Origin: Rhodobacteraceae bacterium PARR1
GTDB lineage: Bacteria; Pseudomonadota; Alphaproteobacteria; Rhodobacterales; Rhodobacteraceae
Direction of reading: 5' to 3'
Assembly (NCBI GenBank): GCA_002256185.1
Contig: NKIT01000001.1
Location: forward strand, 16,207 to 80,206
Length of the DNA stretch: 64,000 bases
Made by a program: the position numbers and the translations under genes. This document shows positions 29,260 through 40,202 of this stretch, one piece after another (position 1 is the first letter of the stretch; the number at the start of each line of letters is the position of its first letter). The notes beneath the pieces were generated by a model. It was not told where the DNA came from. It worked only from the letters and a program-made list of their open reading frames with translations, and ran no database searches.

Positions 29260-29489
29260 GTGAGTCTCCCCGTTTATTAATCCGTCGGCACCGAGTTTCG
29301 TTTCTTTCCATGACTGCCCGATGACACAGGCCACATGGAACGCTGGCGCGTCCGTTCGTGGCCGAACCTTAAGCGGCGCTGGATTGTGACGTCAAACGAA
29401 TCTGATTGTCTGGTCAGACAAGAAAAGAACTTCATCGTCGCAACGGGGGATAACGCCCGAATTCGCCCCTTTGCAGCGTCCGAAACCTG

Positions 29490-29530
29490 CAAAAGAAACA
29501 GGCGTCACAATCCGCGATTGTGACGCCTGT
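29490..29530 (-). terminator. Rho-independent terminator of rhaD-rhaI
   Basis: 15-bp stem ACAGGCGTCACAATC-cgc-GATTGTGACGCCTGT followed by TTCTTTT on the minus strand. Confidence 0.8.
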
Positions 29531-29553
29531 GCCGTGCTTAGCTGACTCTGGGA

Positions 29554-30837
29554 TCAGACGATTCCACCGCCCGCGCCGCTGACCTTGGGACGCACCGCCG
29601 CAACCTTGGCCCGGTAGCCTGACGCGCGGTAGGTGGCCACAGGATCAATCGCCCCGCCGGACTGGTAGCGCGCCATCGCCAGAATCGGTTCTACATCCGT
29701 GCGGAAGCCGCGTTTCAACGTGGTCGTCGCCATCAGGGCATCATTGCCCTCTTGCGCTGCATACAGCGCCGTCCGGTCCACCAAAAGCGCCTGCGCATAG
29801 GCACGCTGCACCTCGGTCGCCGACACCATCAGGCTTTCGATGGGATCGGTGACGTTGTGGCTTTGGTCCAGCATATGGGCCGGGGTAAAGCCGGGCTTGC
29901 CCTCAGCCTCGACCAATTCGTTGAACACAAGGAAGAGGCGATAGGGGTCAATGCTGCCGGTATCCAGATCGTCATCGCCATATTTGGAATCGTTGAAGTG
30001 GAAGCCGCCAAGTTTGCCAAACTGGATCAGGCGGGCAACGATCATTTCGATGTTCACATTCGGCGCATGGTGGCCAAGGTCCACCAGACAGAACGCCTTC
30101 GGCCCAAGCTCCTGCGCGATCAGATAGTTGGTGCCCCAATCCTGAACCACCGTCGAATAAAAGGCCGGTTCGTACATCTTGTGTTCGGTGAACACGCGCC
30201 AATCGTCAGGAAGCGCGGCATAGACTGCGCGCATCGCATCCAGATAGCGTTCAAACTGGCGGGTAAAGTTGGTCTGGCCGGGGAAGTTGGACCCATCGCC
30301 GATCCAGACCGTCAGCGCCTTGGACCCCAAGGCCCGCCCGATTTCGATGCATTCGATGTTGTGATCCACTGCCTGCTGACGCGTGGCCGCATCGGCGTTG
30401 GAAAGCGAGCCGAACTTATAGGACTGCGCCTGACCGGGTTGGTCCTGAAAGGTGTTGGAATTCATCGCATCGAAGCCCAAGCCCACCTCTGCGGCCTTGG
30501 CGAGCAGGTCCGCCGCCGGGGCCTTGTCCCACGGAATGTGCAGGCTGACCGAAGGGGTCGCGCGGGTCAGGCTTTGGATCACGCCGCAATCGTCCAGCTT
30601 GTCGAAGATGTGGCGCGGCTCGCCCTCGCCCGGAAAGCGGGCAAAGCGGGTGCCGCCGGTGCCCACGCCCCAGCTTGGCACGGCCACACCATAAGCCGCC
30701 ACTTTGGCGCGGACGCTGTCGATGCTGATCCCGCGGCGGTCCAGATGTTCACCCAAAGCGTCAAAATCGGCCTGCAAGCCCTTGATGCGCTTTTCGTTTT
30801 CGGCGTCGATGATGGTTTTGTCGATCATGATGCTCAC
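29554..30837 (-). CDS. rhaI: L-rhamnose isomerase (Rhizobium/Pseudomonas stutzeri type)
   Basis: VPSWGVGTGGTRFARFP, LHIPWD, EHKMYEPAFY, DLGHH, SKYGDDDL, DQSHN; rha cluster context. Confidence 0.93.
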   Translation of the reverse strand: MSIMIDKTIIDAENEKRIKGLQADFDALGEHLDRRGISIDSVRAKVAAYGVAVPSWGVGTGGTRFARFPGEGEPRHIFDKLDDCGVIQSLTRATPSVSLHIPWDKAPAADLLAKAAEVGLGFDAMNSNTFQDQPGQAQSYKFGSLSNADAATRQQAVDHNIECIEIGRALGSKALTVWIGDGSNFPGQTNFTRQFERYLDAMRAVYAALPDDWRVFTEHKMYEPAFYSTVVQDWGTNYLIAQELGPKAFCLVDLGHHAPNVNIEMIVARLIQFGKLGGFHFNDSKYGDDDLDTGSIDPYRLFLVFNELVEAEGKPGFTPAHMLDQSHNVTDPIESLMVSATEVQRAYAQALLVDRTALYAAQEGNDALMATTTLKRGFRTDVEPILAMARYQSGGAIDPVATYRASGYRAKVAAVRPKVSGAGGGIV

Positions 30838-32936
30838 CGTGTGAAGGCTTGGACGTTGCCCGCATCCACGTTCAGGATATTGCCCGTGGATTTGGCCGAA
30901 AGGTCGGATGACAGGAAATAGGTCGCTTCAGCGATGTCTTCCGGCAGGACCGAGCGTTTCAGCATCGACCGCTGACGATACATCTCTTCCAGCCCTTCCT
31001 TGTCGGTCTTGTAGGTGCTGGCGCGCTGGTCCAACCATTCGCCCGACCAAATCTTCGACCCGCGCAGCACGGCATCCGGGTTGACCACATTGACGCGAAT
31101 TCCCGCCTCGGCCCCTTCCAGCGCCAGACAGCGCGCCAGATGGATTTCCGCAGCCTTTGCCGTGCAATAGGCCGAGGCGTTGGGGCTGGCCGCGAGACCG
31201 TTCTTGGACGCCACGAACACCACCGCCCCGCCGATCTTTTGCGCGCGGAAGGTCTTGAACGCTTCGCGGCTGACAAGGAAATAGCCCGTGGACAGGATGT
31301 CCATGTTCTTGTTCCACAACGCCAAGGTCGTCTCTTCAATCGGCGCGGATGACGCAATTCCGGCGTTGGAGACCAGAATATCCAGGCCGCCAAACTCAAC
31401 CGCCGTCTGGCCAAAGGCGGCGATGACTTGATCCTCTTGCGTGACATTCATCGACACGGTGCGGACAACATCCTTGCCATGCCGCTTGGTCAGATTCTCT
31501 GCCGTCGCGGCCAAGGCCGCCGCGTCGATGTCGGCCAACATGACGCAAGCGCCTTCGCGCAGGAAGCGTTCCGCCGTGGCTGATCCAATCCCGCCTGCCC
31601 CGCCGGTGACCAAGGCCACGCGACCTGCCAGCGATTTGGGTTTGGGCATGCGCTGAAGTTTCGCCTCCTCCAACAGCCAATATTCGATGTCAAAGGCCTC
31701 TTGTTCGGGCAGGCCGCAGTAGGTGCTGACGGTATCGGCCCCGCGCATCACGTTGATGGCGTTGACATAGAATTCGCCGGAGACCCGCGCCGTCGCCTTA
31801 TCCTTGGCGAAGGTCAGCATCCCCACGCCGGGCACCAGATAGACCACGGCATTGGGATCGCGCAGCGGCGGCGAGTCGGGATGTTTGCAGCGGTCGTAAT
31901 AGGCGGCATAGCCCTTGCGATAGTCCGCGACCTGCCCCGCCAGCGCGGCGAGCGTGGCGTCGACATCGGGTGCTGCAGGATCAAACCCAACCACCAGCGG
32001 GCAAATCTTGGTCCGCAGGAAATGGTCTGGGCAAGACGTGCCCAAAGCCGCCAAAGGTTCCAGCTTGGCCGAGTTCACGAATTCCAGCACCGCGGGTTGA
32101 TCGTCGAAATGGCCGACCATGTGATGGTCGCCCGAAATCATCCCCCGGATCGCGGGCATCAGCCGCGCGGCGACGGCGCGACGTTGATCGGCGGGCAGGC
32201 TGTCCTTGACCGCGCCGCCAAAGATCACCTTGCCCGACGTTTCCGCCGCGAACCAGTCCATCGCTTTCTGGATGATGGAGATGGTCAGCTCATAGCAGGT
32301 TTTGGCGTCATCATCCCAAGTGAACAGGCCATGCGATTCCAGCACCACGCCTTTGGCCTTGGGGTTTTCCAGACAGAACTTTTCCAGCCACAGCCCAAGC
32401 TCATACCCCGGACGCTTCCACGGCAACCAACCAATGTCATCTCCGAAAATCCGCGCCGTCAGCTCGCGCGAATTCTGCGATGCGGCGATGGCGATGATCG
32501 CGTCGGGGTGCATGTGATCGACGTGCTTTTTCGGCACATAGGCATGCAACGGCGTGTCGATGCTTGCCGCGCGGGCGTTCAGGTTAAAGGTGCAATGGGG
32601 CAGATAGCCGACCATCGCATCCTCCATATGCACGCCCTTGTAGACGCCCTTCAGCGCGCGCAGCTTTTCCATATAGAGCGTGGCAAAGCCGTCCATCTTG
32701 ATAGAGCCGACATCCCCGCCCGATCCCTTGACCCAAAGAACCTCAACCTTTTCACCGGTCAAGGGATCGGTCTCCATCACCTTGGCGCTGGTATTGCCGC
32801 CGCCGTAATTGGTGATCCGCTTGTCGGACCCCAACAGGTTGGACCGATAAAGCAGCTTTTCAGCCTCGGTCATCGCGCCTGCACGGGCGTCTTCCCAAAG
32901 GTTTGCAAGCCGGGCACCGGCGGCGGCTGTGGTCAT
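30834..32936 (-). CDS. rhaD: Bifunctional rhamnulose-1-phosphate aldolase / short-chain dehydrogenase
   Basis: N-terminal GGGNTSAK, KGSGGD, SIDTPLH, HMHPD, CPDHFLRTK; C-terminal SDR TGGAGGIG, YCTAK; ATG 32936 with GGGAGG RBS. Confidence 0.93.
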   Translation of the reverse strand: MTTAAAGARLANLWEDARAGAMTEAEKLLYRSNLLGSDKRITNYGGGNTSAKVMETDPLTGEKVEVLWVKGSGGDVGSIKMDGFATLYMEKLRALKGVYKGVHMEDAMVGYLPHCTFNLNARAASIDTPLHAYVPKKHVDHMHPDAIIAIAASQNSRELTARIFGDDIGWLPWKRPGYELGLWLEKFCLENPKAKGVVLESHGLFTWDDDAKTCYELTISIIQKAMDWFAAETSGKVIFGGAVKDSLPADQRRAVAARLMPAIRGMISGDHHMVGHFDDQPAVLEFVNSAKLEPLAALGTSCPDHFLRTKICPLVVGFDPAAPDVDATLAALAGQVADYRKGYAAYYDRCKHPDSPPLRDPNAVVYLVPGVGMLTFAKDKATARVSGEFYVNAINVMRGADTVSTYCGLPEQEAFDIEYWLLEEAKLQRMPKPKSLAGRVALVTGGAGGIGSATAERFLREGACVMLADIDAAALAATAENLTKRHGKDVVRTVSMNVTQEDQVIAAFGQTAVEFGGLDILVSNAGIASSAPIEETTLALWNKNMDILSTGYFLVSREAFKTFRAQKIGGAVVFVASKNGLAASPNASAYCTAKAAEIHLARCLALEGAEAGIRVNVVNPDAVLRGSKIWSGEWLDQRASTYKTDKEGLEEMYRQRSMLKRSVLPEDIAEATYFLSSDLSAKSTGNILNVDAGNVQAFTR

Positions 32937-33005
32937 GGCATCCTCCCTTGGCGCGGAAAGACACTCCGCGCTTTGGTCAAGGAATGTGACCACGACGGAC
33001 GATTG

Positions 33006-33084
33006 TCAATCAAAAACGATCACGTTCAATCATGCTGCAACTGCAAAATGGCCTGTGTGATTGAATTTGATTGACAGTGATTGG
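33006..33084. promoter_or_regulatory. Putative RhaR operator array in the divergent rhaD/rhaR promoter
   Basis: TCAATCA-like heptamers at 33006, 33016 (ACGATCA), 33026 and inverted TGATTGA-like heptamers at 33058, 33068, 33078, each set phased at 10 bp. Confidence 0.7.
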
Positions 33085-33118
33085 TTTCCCGTGGAAGTTT
33101 TGCGGCAGGGAGGACGTC

Positions 33119-33928
33119 ATGCACGAAAGCGAACGGCACAGAATCATTTTGTCTGCAGTGCAGGACCGTCCCGTCGCAACGGTGGCGGACCTTGTGGCGC
33201 TGACCTCTGCGTCCGAGGCTACGGTGCGCCGCGACATCGCCACGCTGCATGTCCAAAAGAAACTGCGCCGGGTGCGCGGCGGGGCCGAATCCATCGCGCC
33301 GCCGCAATTCGTGGGGCTGGCGGGGCGTCCGTTTTCCGTCAATGAAACGATGCACAGCGCGCAGAAACGCGCCATCGCCCGCGCGGCGGTGGAACTGTGC
33401 GATGATGGCGATCCCATCATCATCAACGGCGGGACGACCACGTTTCAGATGGTGCATCCCTTGTCCACCCGCCGCTTGCAGGTGTTCACCAACAGCTTTC
33501 CGATTGCGGATCACTTGCTGAAGCATTCCAAGAACACCGTGCTGTTGCCCGCTGGCGCGATCTACCGTGAACAGAACATCATCCTGTCGCCCTTTGACGA
33601 AGATGGCAGCCGGCATTTCTACGCCCGCCGCATGTTCATGAGCTGCCGGGGCATCGGGGCCTTGGGGCTGATGGAGGGCGATCCCCTGCTGGTGCAGGCC
33701 GAACAAAAGCTGATCGGTCAGGCGGATGAATTGGTGGTGCTGGCCGACAGTTCCAAATTCACCCAACGCTCCAGCCTGATCCTGTGTGCGCTGTCGCGCA
33801 TCCACACGCTGATCACCGACGAAGGCATTTCCGACCGCGACGCCGCGATGTGCGACGCGGCCGACATCAAACTGATCGTGGCGCAGGTCGGCGCTGCGGA
33901 CAGAGGCCAAACCGCGCAGGAGGCTTGA
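33119..33928 (+). CDS. rhaR: DeoR-family rhamnose regulator
   Basis: SEATVRRD HTH, RVRGGA, IINGGTT, ADSSKF; ATG 33119 with GGAGG RBS. Confidence 0.9.
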   Translation: MHESERHRIILSAVQDRPVATVADLVALTSASEATVRRDIATLHVQKKLRRVRGGAESIAPPQFVGLAGRPFSVNETMHSAQKRAIARAAVELCDDGDPIIINGGTTTFQMVHPLSTRRLQVFTNSFPIADHLLKHSKNTVLLPAGAIYREQNIILSPFDEDGSRHFYARRMFMSCRGIGALGLMEGDPLLVQAEQKLIGQADELVVLADSSKFTQRSSLILCALSRIHTLITDEGISDRDAAMCDAADIKLIVAQVGAADRGQTAQEA

Positions 33929-33967
33929 AGGCGCGGTTCCGACTAAAAACGCTCAGGGAGGACTAGA

Positions 33968-34960
33968 ATGAGCATTCTTCGCAAGGCACTGACAACGGCG
34001 GCGATGACCGTCGCACTGATGGCGGCAACCGGCGCCCATGCCGAAACCAAGCGCATCGCGCTGGTCGTCAAGGCGCTGGGGATCGGCTTCTTTGAAGCTG
34101 CGAACAAAGGCGCCGAAGAGGCCGCCACGGAACTGGGCGATGTGGAAATCATCTACACCGGCCCGACCGACACCACCGCTGAAGGCCAGATCGAAGTGAT
34201 CAACAGCCTGATCGCGCAGGGCGTTGACGCCATCGCCATCTCGGCCAACGATCCCGACGCTGTCGCCCCCGCCCTGCAAAAGGCGATGGAACGCGGCATC
34301 ACCGTGATTTCGTGGGACTCGGGAGTGGCCAAGGAAGGCCGCCAGATGCACCTGAACCCGTCGTCCAGCGCCCTGATCGGCAACACGATCATCAAGCTGG
34401 CCGCTGACAACATGCCCGAAGGCGGCGACGTGGCGATCCTGTCGGCCACCTCGACCTCCACCAACCAGAACATCTGGATCGAAGAGGCCACCAAGGTTCT
34501 GCCGAACTATCCGGGCGTGAACCTTGTCGCCACCGTCTATGGTGATGACCTTGCCGACAAATCCTACCGCGAAGCCCAGGGCCTGATCGCCACCTATCCG
34601 AACCTGAAGGCGATCATCGCACCGACGACCGTGGGCATCCTGGCCGCGTCGCAGGCCGTGACGGACGCTGGCAAGATCGGCGCGATCAACGTGACCGGTC
34701 TGGGTCTGCCGTCGGAAATGGCCGGGGCCGTGGCTTCGGGCGCGACCAAGTCCTTCGCGATCTGGAACCCGATCGATCTGGGCTACGCTGCCACCATGCT
34801 GGCCTACAACATCTCGAACGGTGCGAAAGCTGAGCCGGGCGCATCGATCCCGATGGGCCGTATGGGCGCTGCCACGCTGGACGACAACAACGAAGCGGCC
34901 ATGTCGGACCCCTTCACCTATGACGCATCCAACATCGAACAGTTCAAGTCGATCTTCTGA
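33968..34960 (+). CDS. rhaS: Rhamnose ABC transporter substrate-binding protein
   Basis: Sec signal (AHA), VVKALGIGFF, SWDSGV, TNQNIW, LGLPSEM, IWNPIDLGY. Confidence 0.92.
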   Translation: MSILRKALTTAAMTVALMAATGAHAETKRIALVVKALGIGFFEAANKGAEEAATELGDVEIIYTGPTDTTAEGQIEVINSLIAQGVDAIAISANDPDAVAPALQKAMERGITVISWDSGVAKEGRQMHLNPSSSALIGNTIIKLAADNMPEGGDVAILSATSTSTNQNIWIEEATKVLPNYPGVNLVATVYGDDLADKSYREAQGLIATYPNLKAIIAPTTVGILAASQAVTDAGKIGAINVTGLGLPSEMAGAVASGATKSFAIWNPIDLGYAATMLAYNISNGAKAEPGASIPMGRMGAATLDDNNEAAMSDPFTYDASNIEQFKSIF

Positions 34961-34971
34961 TTGACCGAACC

Positions 34972-34995
34972 GGGCCGCACCCGTCGGTGCGGCCC
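34972..34995 (+). terminator. Stem-loop after rhaS
   Basis: GGGCCGCACC-CGTC-GGTGCGGCCC, 10-bp stem. Confidence 0.55.
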
Positions 34996-35028
34996 ACCCC
35001 TTCCCCTTTCAGACGACCGGACACCGCC

Positions 35029-36549
35029 ATGACCGTCGCCCCCCTGTCCGCCCCGCAGCCTGTGCTGCGCCTGTCGGGCATTTCCAAATCCTTTCCCGGC
35101 GTGCGTGCGCTGTCGGATGTAGAGCTTGAGTTGCACGCAGGCGAAGTCACCGCCCTGATCGGCGAAAACGGCGCGGGAAAATCCACCATCGTCAAGGTGT
35201 TGACCGGGATCTACCAGCCCGACGCTGGCGTGATCGAGGTTGCAGGACAAGCCACCACCTTCCCCACAGCCGACACTGCCGCGCGGGCAGGCGTCACGGC
35301 GATCCATCAGGAAACGGTGCTGTTCGACGAATTGACCGTGGCCGAGAATATCTTTCTGGGTCACGCACCGCGCACCCGCTTTGGCCTGATCGACTGGGCG
35401 GCGATGGAGGCGCAATCGCGTGACCTGCTGGCGCGCATTGGCGCGACGCTGAACCCCCGCGCCGTGCTGCGCGATCTGGGCATTGCGTCCAAGCATCTGG
35501 TGGCCATCGCGCGTGCCCTGTCCATCGACGCCCGCGTGGTGATCATGGACGAACCCACGGCGGCGCTGTCCCACAAGGAAATCCATGAGCTTTACGATCT
35601 GGTCGAACGGCTGAAGGCCGAGGGCAAGGCGATCCTCTTCATCAGCCACAAGTTCGATGAGATTTTCCAGATTGCCGACCGCTACACCGTGTTCCGCGAT
35701 GGGCAGTTCATCGGTGCAGGCCGGATGGAAGATGTAACCGAAGGGCAGTTGGTGCAAATGATGGTGGGCCGCTCGGTCGATCACATTTTCCCCGCCCGCG
35801 CGCATAACATCGGTGCACCTGTTCTGACAGTGTCGGGCTACAGCCACCCCACGGAATTTGCCGACATCGGCTTTACCCTGCACAAGGGCGAAATCCTTGG
35901 CTTTTACGGCCTTGTAGGTGCCGGGCGGTCCGAGGTGATGCAATCCCTGTTCGGCATCACCGCACCGTCGAAAGGCGCATGCCGCATTGGCGAACGCGTC
36001 GTCGCCATAAGGTCCACGGCGCAGGCGATTGACGAAGGCATCGTCTATGTGCCCGAAGATCGTGGGCGGCAAGGCGCGGTCAAGGGTCTGCCAATCTTTC
36101 AGAACATCAGCCTGCCCAGCCTTGGGCGGATGAACACCTCGGGCTTTCTGAACATGGCGCGGGAATTCAAACTGGCCCGCGACTACACCCAACGGCTGGA
36201 CCTGCGCGCGGCCAGTCTGGATCAGGATGTGGGCCTGCTGTCAGGTGGAAATCAGCAAAAGGTGGTCATTGCCAAATGGTTGGCAACCAAGCCGCGCGTG
36301 ATCATACTGGATGAGCCGACCAAGGGCATCGACATTGGATCAAAAGCCGCAGTCCATGAATTCATGGCAGAACTTGCCGCTGAAGGCTTGGCCGTCATTA
36401 TGGTTTCCAGCGAAATCCCCGAAATCCTTGGCATGTCGGACCGCGTGATCGTCATGCGCGAAGGTCGCATTGCCGCAGAACTGACAGGCCCGGACATGAC
36501 GCCAGAACGCCTTGTCCGCGCCGCCGCTGGCATCCCGGAGGCTGCATGA
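35029..36549 (+). CDS. rhaT: Rhamnose ABC transporter ATP-binding protein (two ATPase domains)
   Basis: GENGAGKST, MDEPTAAL, LSGGNQQKV, LDEPTKGID. Confidence 0.92.
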   Translation: MTVAPLSAPQPVLRLSGISKSFPGVRALSDVELELHAGEVTALIGENGAGKSTIVKVLTGIYQPDAGVIEVAGQATTFPTADTAARAGVTAIHQETVLFDELTVAENIFLGHAPRTRFGLIDWAAMEAQSRDLLARIGATLNPRAVLRDLGIASKHLVAIARALSIDARVVIMDEPTAALSHKEIHELYDLVERLKAEGKAILFISHKFDEIFQIADRYTVFRDGQFIGAGRMEDVTEGQLVQMMVGRSVDHIFPARAHNIGAPVLTVSGYSHPTEFADIGFTLHKGEILGFYGLVGAGRSEVMQSLFGITAPSKGACRIGERVVAIRSTAQAIDEGIVYVPEDRGRQGAVKGLPIFQNISLPSLGRMNTSGFLNMAREFKLARDYTQRLDLRAASLDQDVGLLSGGNQQKVVIAKWLATKPRVIILDEPTKGIDIGSKAAVHEFMAELAAEGLAVIMVSSEIPEILGMSDRVIVMREGRIAAELTGPDMTPERLVRAAAGIPEAA

Positions 36550-37520
36550 CATCCTTTCTGAAATCGCGCGAGGCGCTTTTGGCGCTGGCCATTCTTGTGC
36601 TGCTGGGGGTGATCGCCAGCCGCTTTCCGGCCTTTGTCGAACCGGCCAGCCTTGCCAATGTCTTCAACGACACGGCACCCCTGATGATCCTCGCCCTTGG
36701 GCAGATGGTGGTGATCCTGACCAAATGCATCGACCTGTCGGTCGCCGCGAACCTTGCGCTGTCGGGGATGGTGGCGGCGCTGCTCAATGGCATGGGCGTG
36801 CCGCTGCCCTTGATCCTGCTGACCGTTTTGGCGCTTGGCGCGGCTTTGGGCGCGGTGAATGGCCTGCTGGTCTGGAAGGTCGGCATTCCGTCCATCGTCG
36901 TCACCCTCGGCACCATGACCATCTTTCGCGGCGTCATATTCCTGATGACCGATGGCGCATGGGTGAATGCCCATCAGATGAGCGACGCATTCAAATCCCT
37001 GCCCCGCCATGTGATCCTTGGCCTGCCGGTGATGGCTTGGGTCGCCGTGGTGGTCATTACGATTTTCACCGTGTTCCTGACCCGCACGCCACTTGGCCGC
37101 AGTTTCTATGCCGTGGGCGGCAATCCCCATGCGGCTGTCTATACCGGGCTTGATGTCGGGCGCACACAGGCGATTGCCTTTGTCATCTCGGGTATCCTTG
37201 CCGCGCTGACAGGATACCTTTGGGTCGCGCGCTATGCCGTGGCTTACGTCGATATTGCGGGCGGGTTTGAACTTGATGTGGTCGCCGCCTGCGTGATCGG
37301 CGGCATCGCCATTGCCGGGGGGGCGGGCACCGTGGGCGGCGCAGTTCTTGGGGCGCTGTTTCTTGGGGTGATCAAGAACGCCTTGCCGGTGGTTGGGATT
37401 TCCCCCTTCTGGCAGTTGGCAATATCGGGGTCGGCCATCATCATCGCCGTCGCCTTCAACGCCCGCCAAGGCCGCAAGGCCGGGCGCATCATCCTGAAAT
37501 CGGCGGAGGCAGGCGCATGA
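36546..37520 (+). CDS. rhaP: Rhamnose ABC transporter permease
   Basis: IDLSV, VTLGT, AVGGN, FELDVVAACVIGG; ATGA coupling. Confidence 0.9.
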   Translation: MTSFLKSREALLALAILVLLGVIASRFPAFVEPASLANVFNDTAPLMILALGQMVVILTKCIDLSVAANLALSGMVAALLNGMGVPLPLILLTVLALGAALGAVNGLLVWKVGIPSIVVTLGTMTIFRGVIFLMTDGAWVNAHQMSDAFKSLPRHVILGLPVMAWVAVVVITIFTVFLTRTPLGRSFYAVGGNPHAAVYTGLDVGRTQAIAFVISGILAALTGYLWVARYAVAYVDIAGGFELDVVAACVIGGIAIAGGAGTVGGAVLGALFLGVIKNALPVVGISPFWQLAISGSAIIIAVAFNARQGRKAGRIILKSAEAGA

Positions 37521-38518
37521 CCATGACAGAACCCAAGTCCATCGGCCGCGTGATCCCAGACCGCCTGACCAGCCCGCTGTCCCGCGCGCTCAGGTCATGG
37601 GAGGCGCTTTTGTTCGCCGTCGCTGTGGCCGTGTTCATCGCCAATTCCTTCGCCTCGCCCTATTTTCTGAACGCGTGGAACCTCAGCGACGCCACCTTCA
37701 ACTTCACCGAAAAGGCGATGATCGCCTTTGCCATGGCGATGCTGATCATCGCGGGCGAGATTGACCTGTCCGTCGCTTCGATCATCGCGCTGGCCTCAAC
37801 CGTCATGGGCCTTGTGATGACGGCGGGATATGGCACGCCGGAGATTGTGCTGGCAGGGCTGGCCACGGGTCTGGCTTGCGGCGCGCTGAACGGGTTTTTC
37901 GTGGCGCGCTTGGGATTGCCCTCCATCGTCGTCACCATCGGCACCATGAGCCTGTTTCGCGGCGTCAGCTACATCGTCTTGGGCGATCAGGCATTCACCG
38001 GATACCCCAAGGATTTCGCCTATTTCGGGCAGGGCTATGTCTGGTGGGTGTTCAGCTTTGAACTGGTCCTCTTCGCCGTGCTGGCATTAGTGTTCTACAT
38101 CCTGCTGCACCGCACCAACTTTGGCCGCGCGGTCTATGCCATCGGCAACAACCCCACCGCGGCGCTGTTTTCCGGCATCCGGGTGGACCGGGTGCGCTTC
38201 ATCCTGTTCTTGCTGACGGGTCTGATGTCGGGGATTGCGGCGGTCTGCCTGACCTCTCGGCTTGGGTCCACCCGCCCCTCCATCGCCACGGGGATGGAGT
38301 TGGAGGCGGTCACGATGGTCGTCCTTGGCGGGGTCAATATCCTTGGCGGGTCGGGGCGCATCCTTGGCGTTGTGCTGGCCGCGATCATCATGGGGCTGGT
38401 CACCTTTGGTTTTGGGCTGTTGAATGTGCCGGGGATCGTGATGTCGATCTTCCTTGGTCTTTTGCTGATCGGCACCATCGCCTTGCCGCGACTGGCCAAG
38501 GGATTGCGGAGGGGATGA
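37517..38518 (+). CDS. rhaQ: Rhamnose ABC transporter permease
   Basis: [29 protein letters not shown] coupling. Confidence 0.9.
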   Translation: MTMTEPKSIGRVIPDRLTSPLSRALRSWEALLFAVAVAVFIANSFASPYFLNAWNLSDATFNFTEKAMIAFAMAMLIIAGEIDLSVASIIALASTVMGLVMTAGYGTPEIVLAGLATGLACGALNGFFVARLGLPSIVVTIGTMSLFRGVSYIVLGDQAFTGYPKDFAYFGQGYVWWVFSFELVLFAVLALVFYILLHRTNFGRAVYAIGNNPTAALFSGIRVDRVRFILFLLTGLMSGIAAVCLTSRLGSTRPSIATGMELEAVTMVVLGGVNILGGSGRILGVVLAAIIMGLVTFGFGLLNVPGIVMSIFLGLLLIGTIALPRLAKGLRRG

Positions 38519-38832
38519 TGGAAAAATACGCCTTCAAGATGCAGCTCAATCCGGGGATGGAGGCTGAATACCGCCGCCGCCATGATGAGATCTGGCCGGA
38601 GTTGGTGGCGCTGCTGAAAGAGGCAGGCGTCAGCGATTATTCCATCCATCTGGACCCCGAAACGCTGATCCTGTTCGGCGTGCTGTGGCGGAGGGCGGAT
38701 CACGGCATGGACGCCCTGCCCGCCCATCCGGTGATGCAACGCTGGTGGGCGCATATGGCCGATATCATGGCAACGAAGCGCGACAACGAACCCATCGCCA
38801 CTCCGCTTGTGCCGCTGTTCCATCTGCCATGA
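38515..38832 (+). CDS. rhaM: L-rhamnose mutarotase
   Basis: [31 protein letters not shown]. Confidence 0.94.
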   Translation: MMEKYAFKMQLNPGMEAEYRRRHDEIWPELVALLKEAGVSDYSIHLDPETLILFGVLWRRADHGMDALPAHPVMQRWWAHMADIMATKRDNEPIATPLVPLFHLP

Positions 38833-40202
38833 CCGCGCCCCGAAAGACCCCGCGCCATATCGCCGTCATCGACATCGGCAAGACCAACGCAAAACTCGCG
38901 CTGGTCGATCTGGCCGCGCGCACGGAAATCGCCGTGACCACACGGCCAAACACCGTGCTGGCAGGCCCGCCCTATCCGCATTTTGACACGGATGGCCATT
39001 GGGAATTCCTGCTGGACGCCTTGGCGCGGTTTCAGGCAGAGTTTGGCATCGACGCCATTTCCATCACGACGCATGGTGCCAGTGGCACACTGTTGGCGGC
39101 GGATGGATCGCTGGCCGCCCCCGTGATCGACTATGAACACGAAGGGCCAGAGACTGTCGCCGCAGAATATGACGCCCTGCGCCCGCCGTTTGCCGAGACT
39201 GGATCGCCCCGCCTGCCTGCCGGCCAAAACGTCGGCGCACAAATCCATTGGCAGTTCCATATTGACCCCACGCTGTCGGATCGGGTGGCCTATCTGGTGA
39301 CCTATCCGCAATATTGGGGGCATCGCCTGACAGGGCGGGTTGCGACGGATGTGACTTCTATCGGCTGTCACACCGATCTGTGGAATCCGTGGACCGGGCA
39401 GCCCTCCTCCTTGGTCGCGAAGCTGGGACTGACGGGCAAGATCGCGCCCACGCTGAAATCGGGCGATATCCTTGGCCCGATTTTGCCCGAGATTGCCGCG
39501 CGTTGTGGGCTGGACCCTGCCACCCCGGTCACCTGCGGCATCCATGACAGCAACGCCTCGCTCCTGCCGCATCTGATTGACCGGACCGGGGCGTTTTCGG
39601 TCGTCTCCACTGGCACATGGGTGGTGATGCTGGCGGTGGGCGGTGACGCGGTCACGCTGGACCCAGACCGCGACACGCTGGTGAATGTGAATGCCTTTGG
39701 CCAACCCACGCCCTCCGCCCGCTTTATGGGCGGGCGGGAGTATGAGTTGATCCGCCAAGGCCGCGCCCCCATCGCCACCCTGACGGATGAACGCTTTGTG
39801 CTGGAGTCGGGCACGATGATGCTGCCATCCGTGCAACAGGGCAGCGGCCCCTTCCCGCATCGCGCGATGGGATGGCTTGGCCCCGACCGCAGCGATGCGA
39901 CCGAGGAGGTGGCGCTTGGCTTCTACCTTGCGCTGATGACGGCGGAGTCGCTGGCGATGATTGGCGCGGCGGGTCCGGTGATTGTCGAAGGCCCCTTCGC
40001 GCAGAACCCGTTTTTCCGCCGCATGCTGCGCGCGGCGACCGGGCGGCAGGTGCTGGTGTCGCAAACCCGCACCGGCACAGCGATTGGTGCTGCATTGCTT
40101 TATGCCGACAAGGCCCCCAGCCCACCCCCCATGGCCGAAGAGGCTGATCCCGGCCCCGCCCATGCCGCCTATGCCGCCCAGTGGCGGGCGACGGTGGGTT
40201 AG
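38829..40202 (+). CDS. rhaK: FGGY-family sugar kinase (rhamnose kinase)
   Basis: [47 protein letters not shown] overlap with rhaM. Confidence 0.9.
   Translation: MTAPRKTPRHIAVIDIGKTNAKLALVDLAARTEIAVTTRPNTVLAGPPYPHFDTDGHWEFLLDALARFQAEFGIDAISITTHGASGTLLAADGSLAAPVIDYEHEGPETVAAEYDALRPPFAETGSPRLPAGQNVGAQIHWQFHIDPTLSDRVAYLVTYPQYWGHRLTGRVATDVTSIGCHTDLWNPWTGQPSSLVAKLGLTGKIAPTLKSGDILGPILPEIAARCGLDPATPVTCGIHDSNASLLPHLIDRTGAFSVVSTGTWVVMLAVGGDAVTLDPDRDTLVNVNAFGQPTPSARFMGGREYELIRQGRAPIATLTDERFVLESGTMMLPSVQQGSGPFPHRAMGWLGPDRSDATEEVALGFYLALMTAESLAMIGAAGPVIVEGPFAQNPFFRRMLRAATGRQVLVSQTRTGTAIGAALLYADKAPSPPPMAEEADPGPAHAAYAAQWRATVG

Noticed and set aside
33006..33084. Short periodic repeats as a CRISPR array or iterons
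   Set aside because: Units are 7 bp with 3-bp spacers, and there are no cas or rep genes; better explained as a DeoR operator
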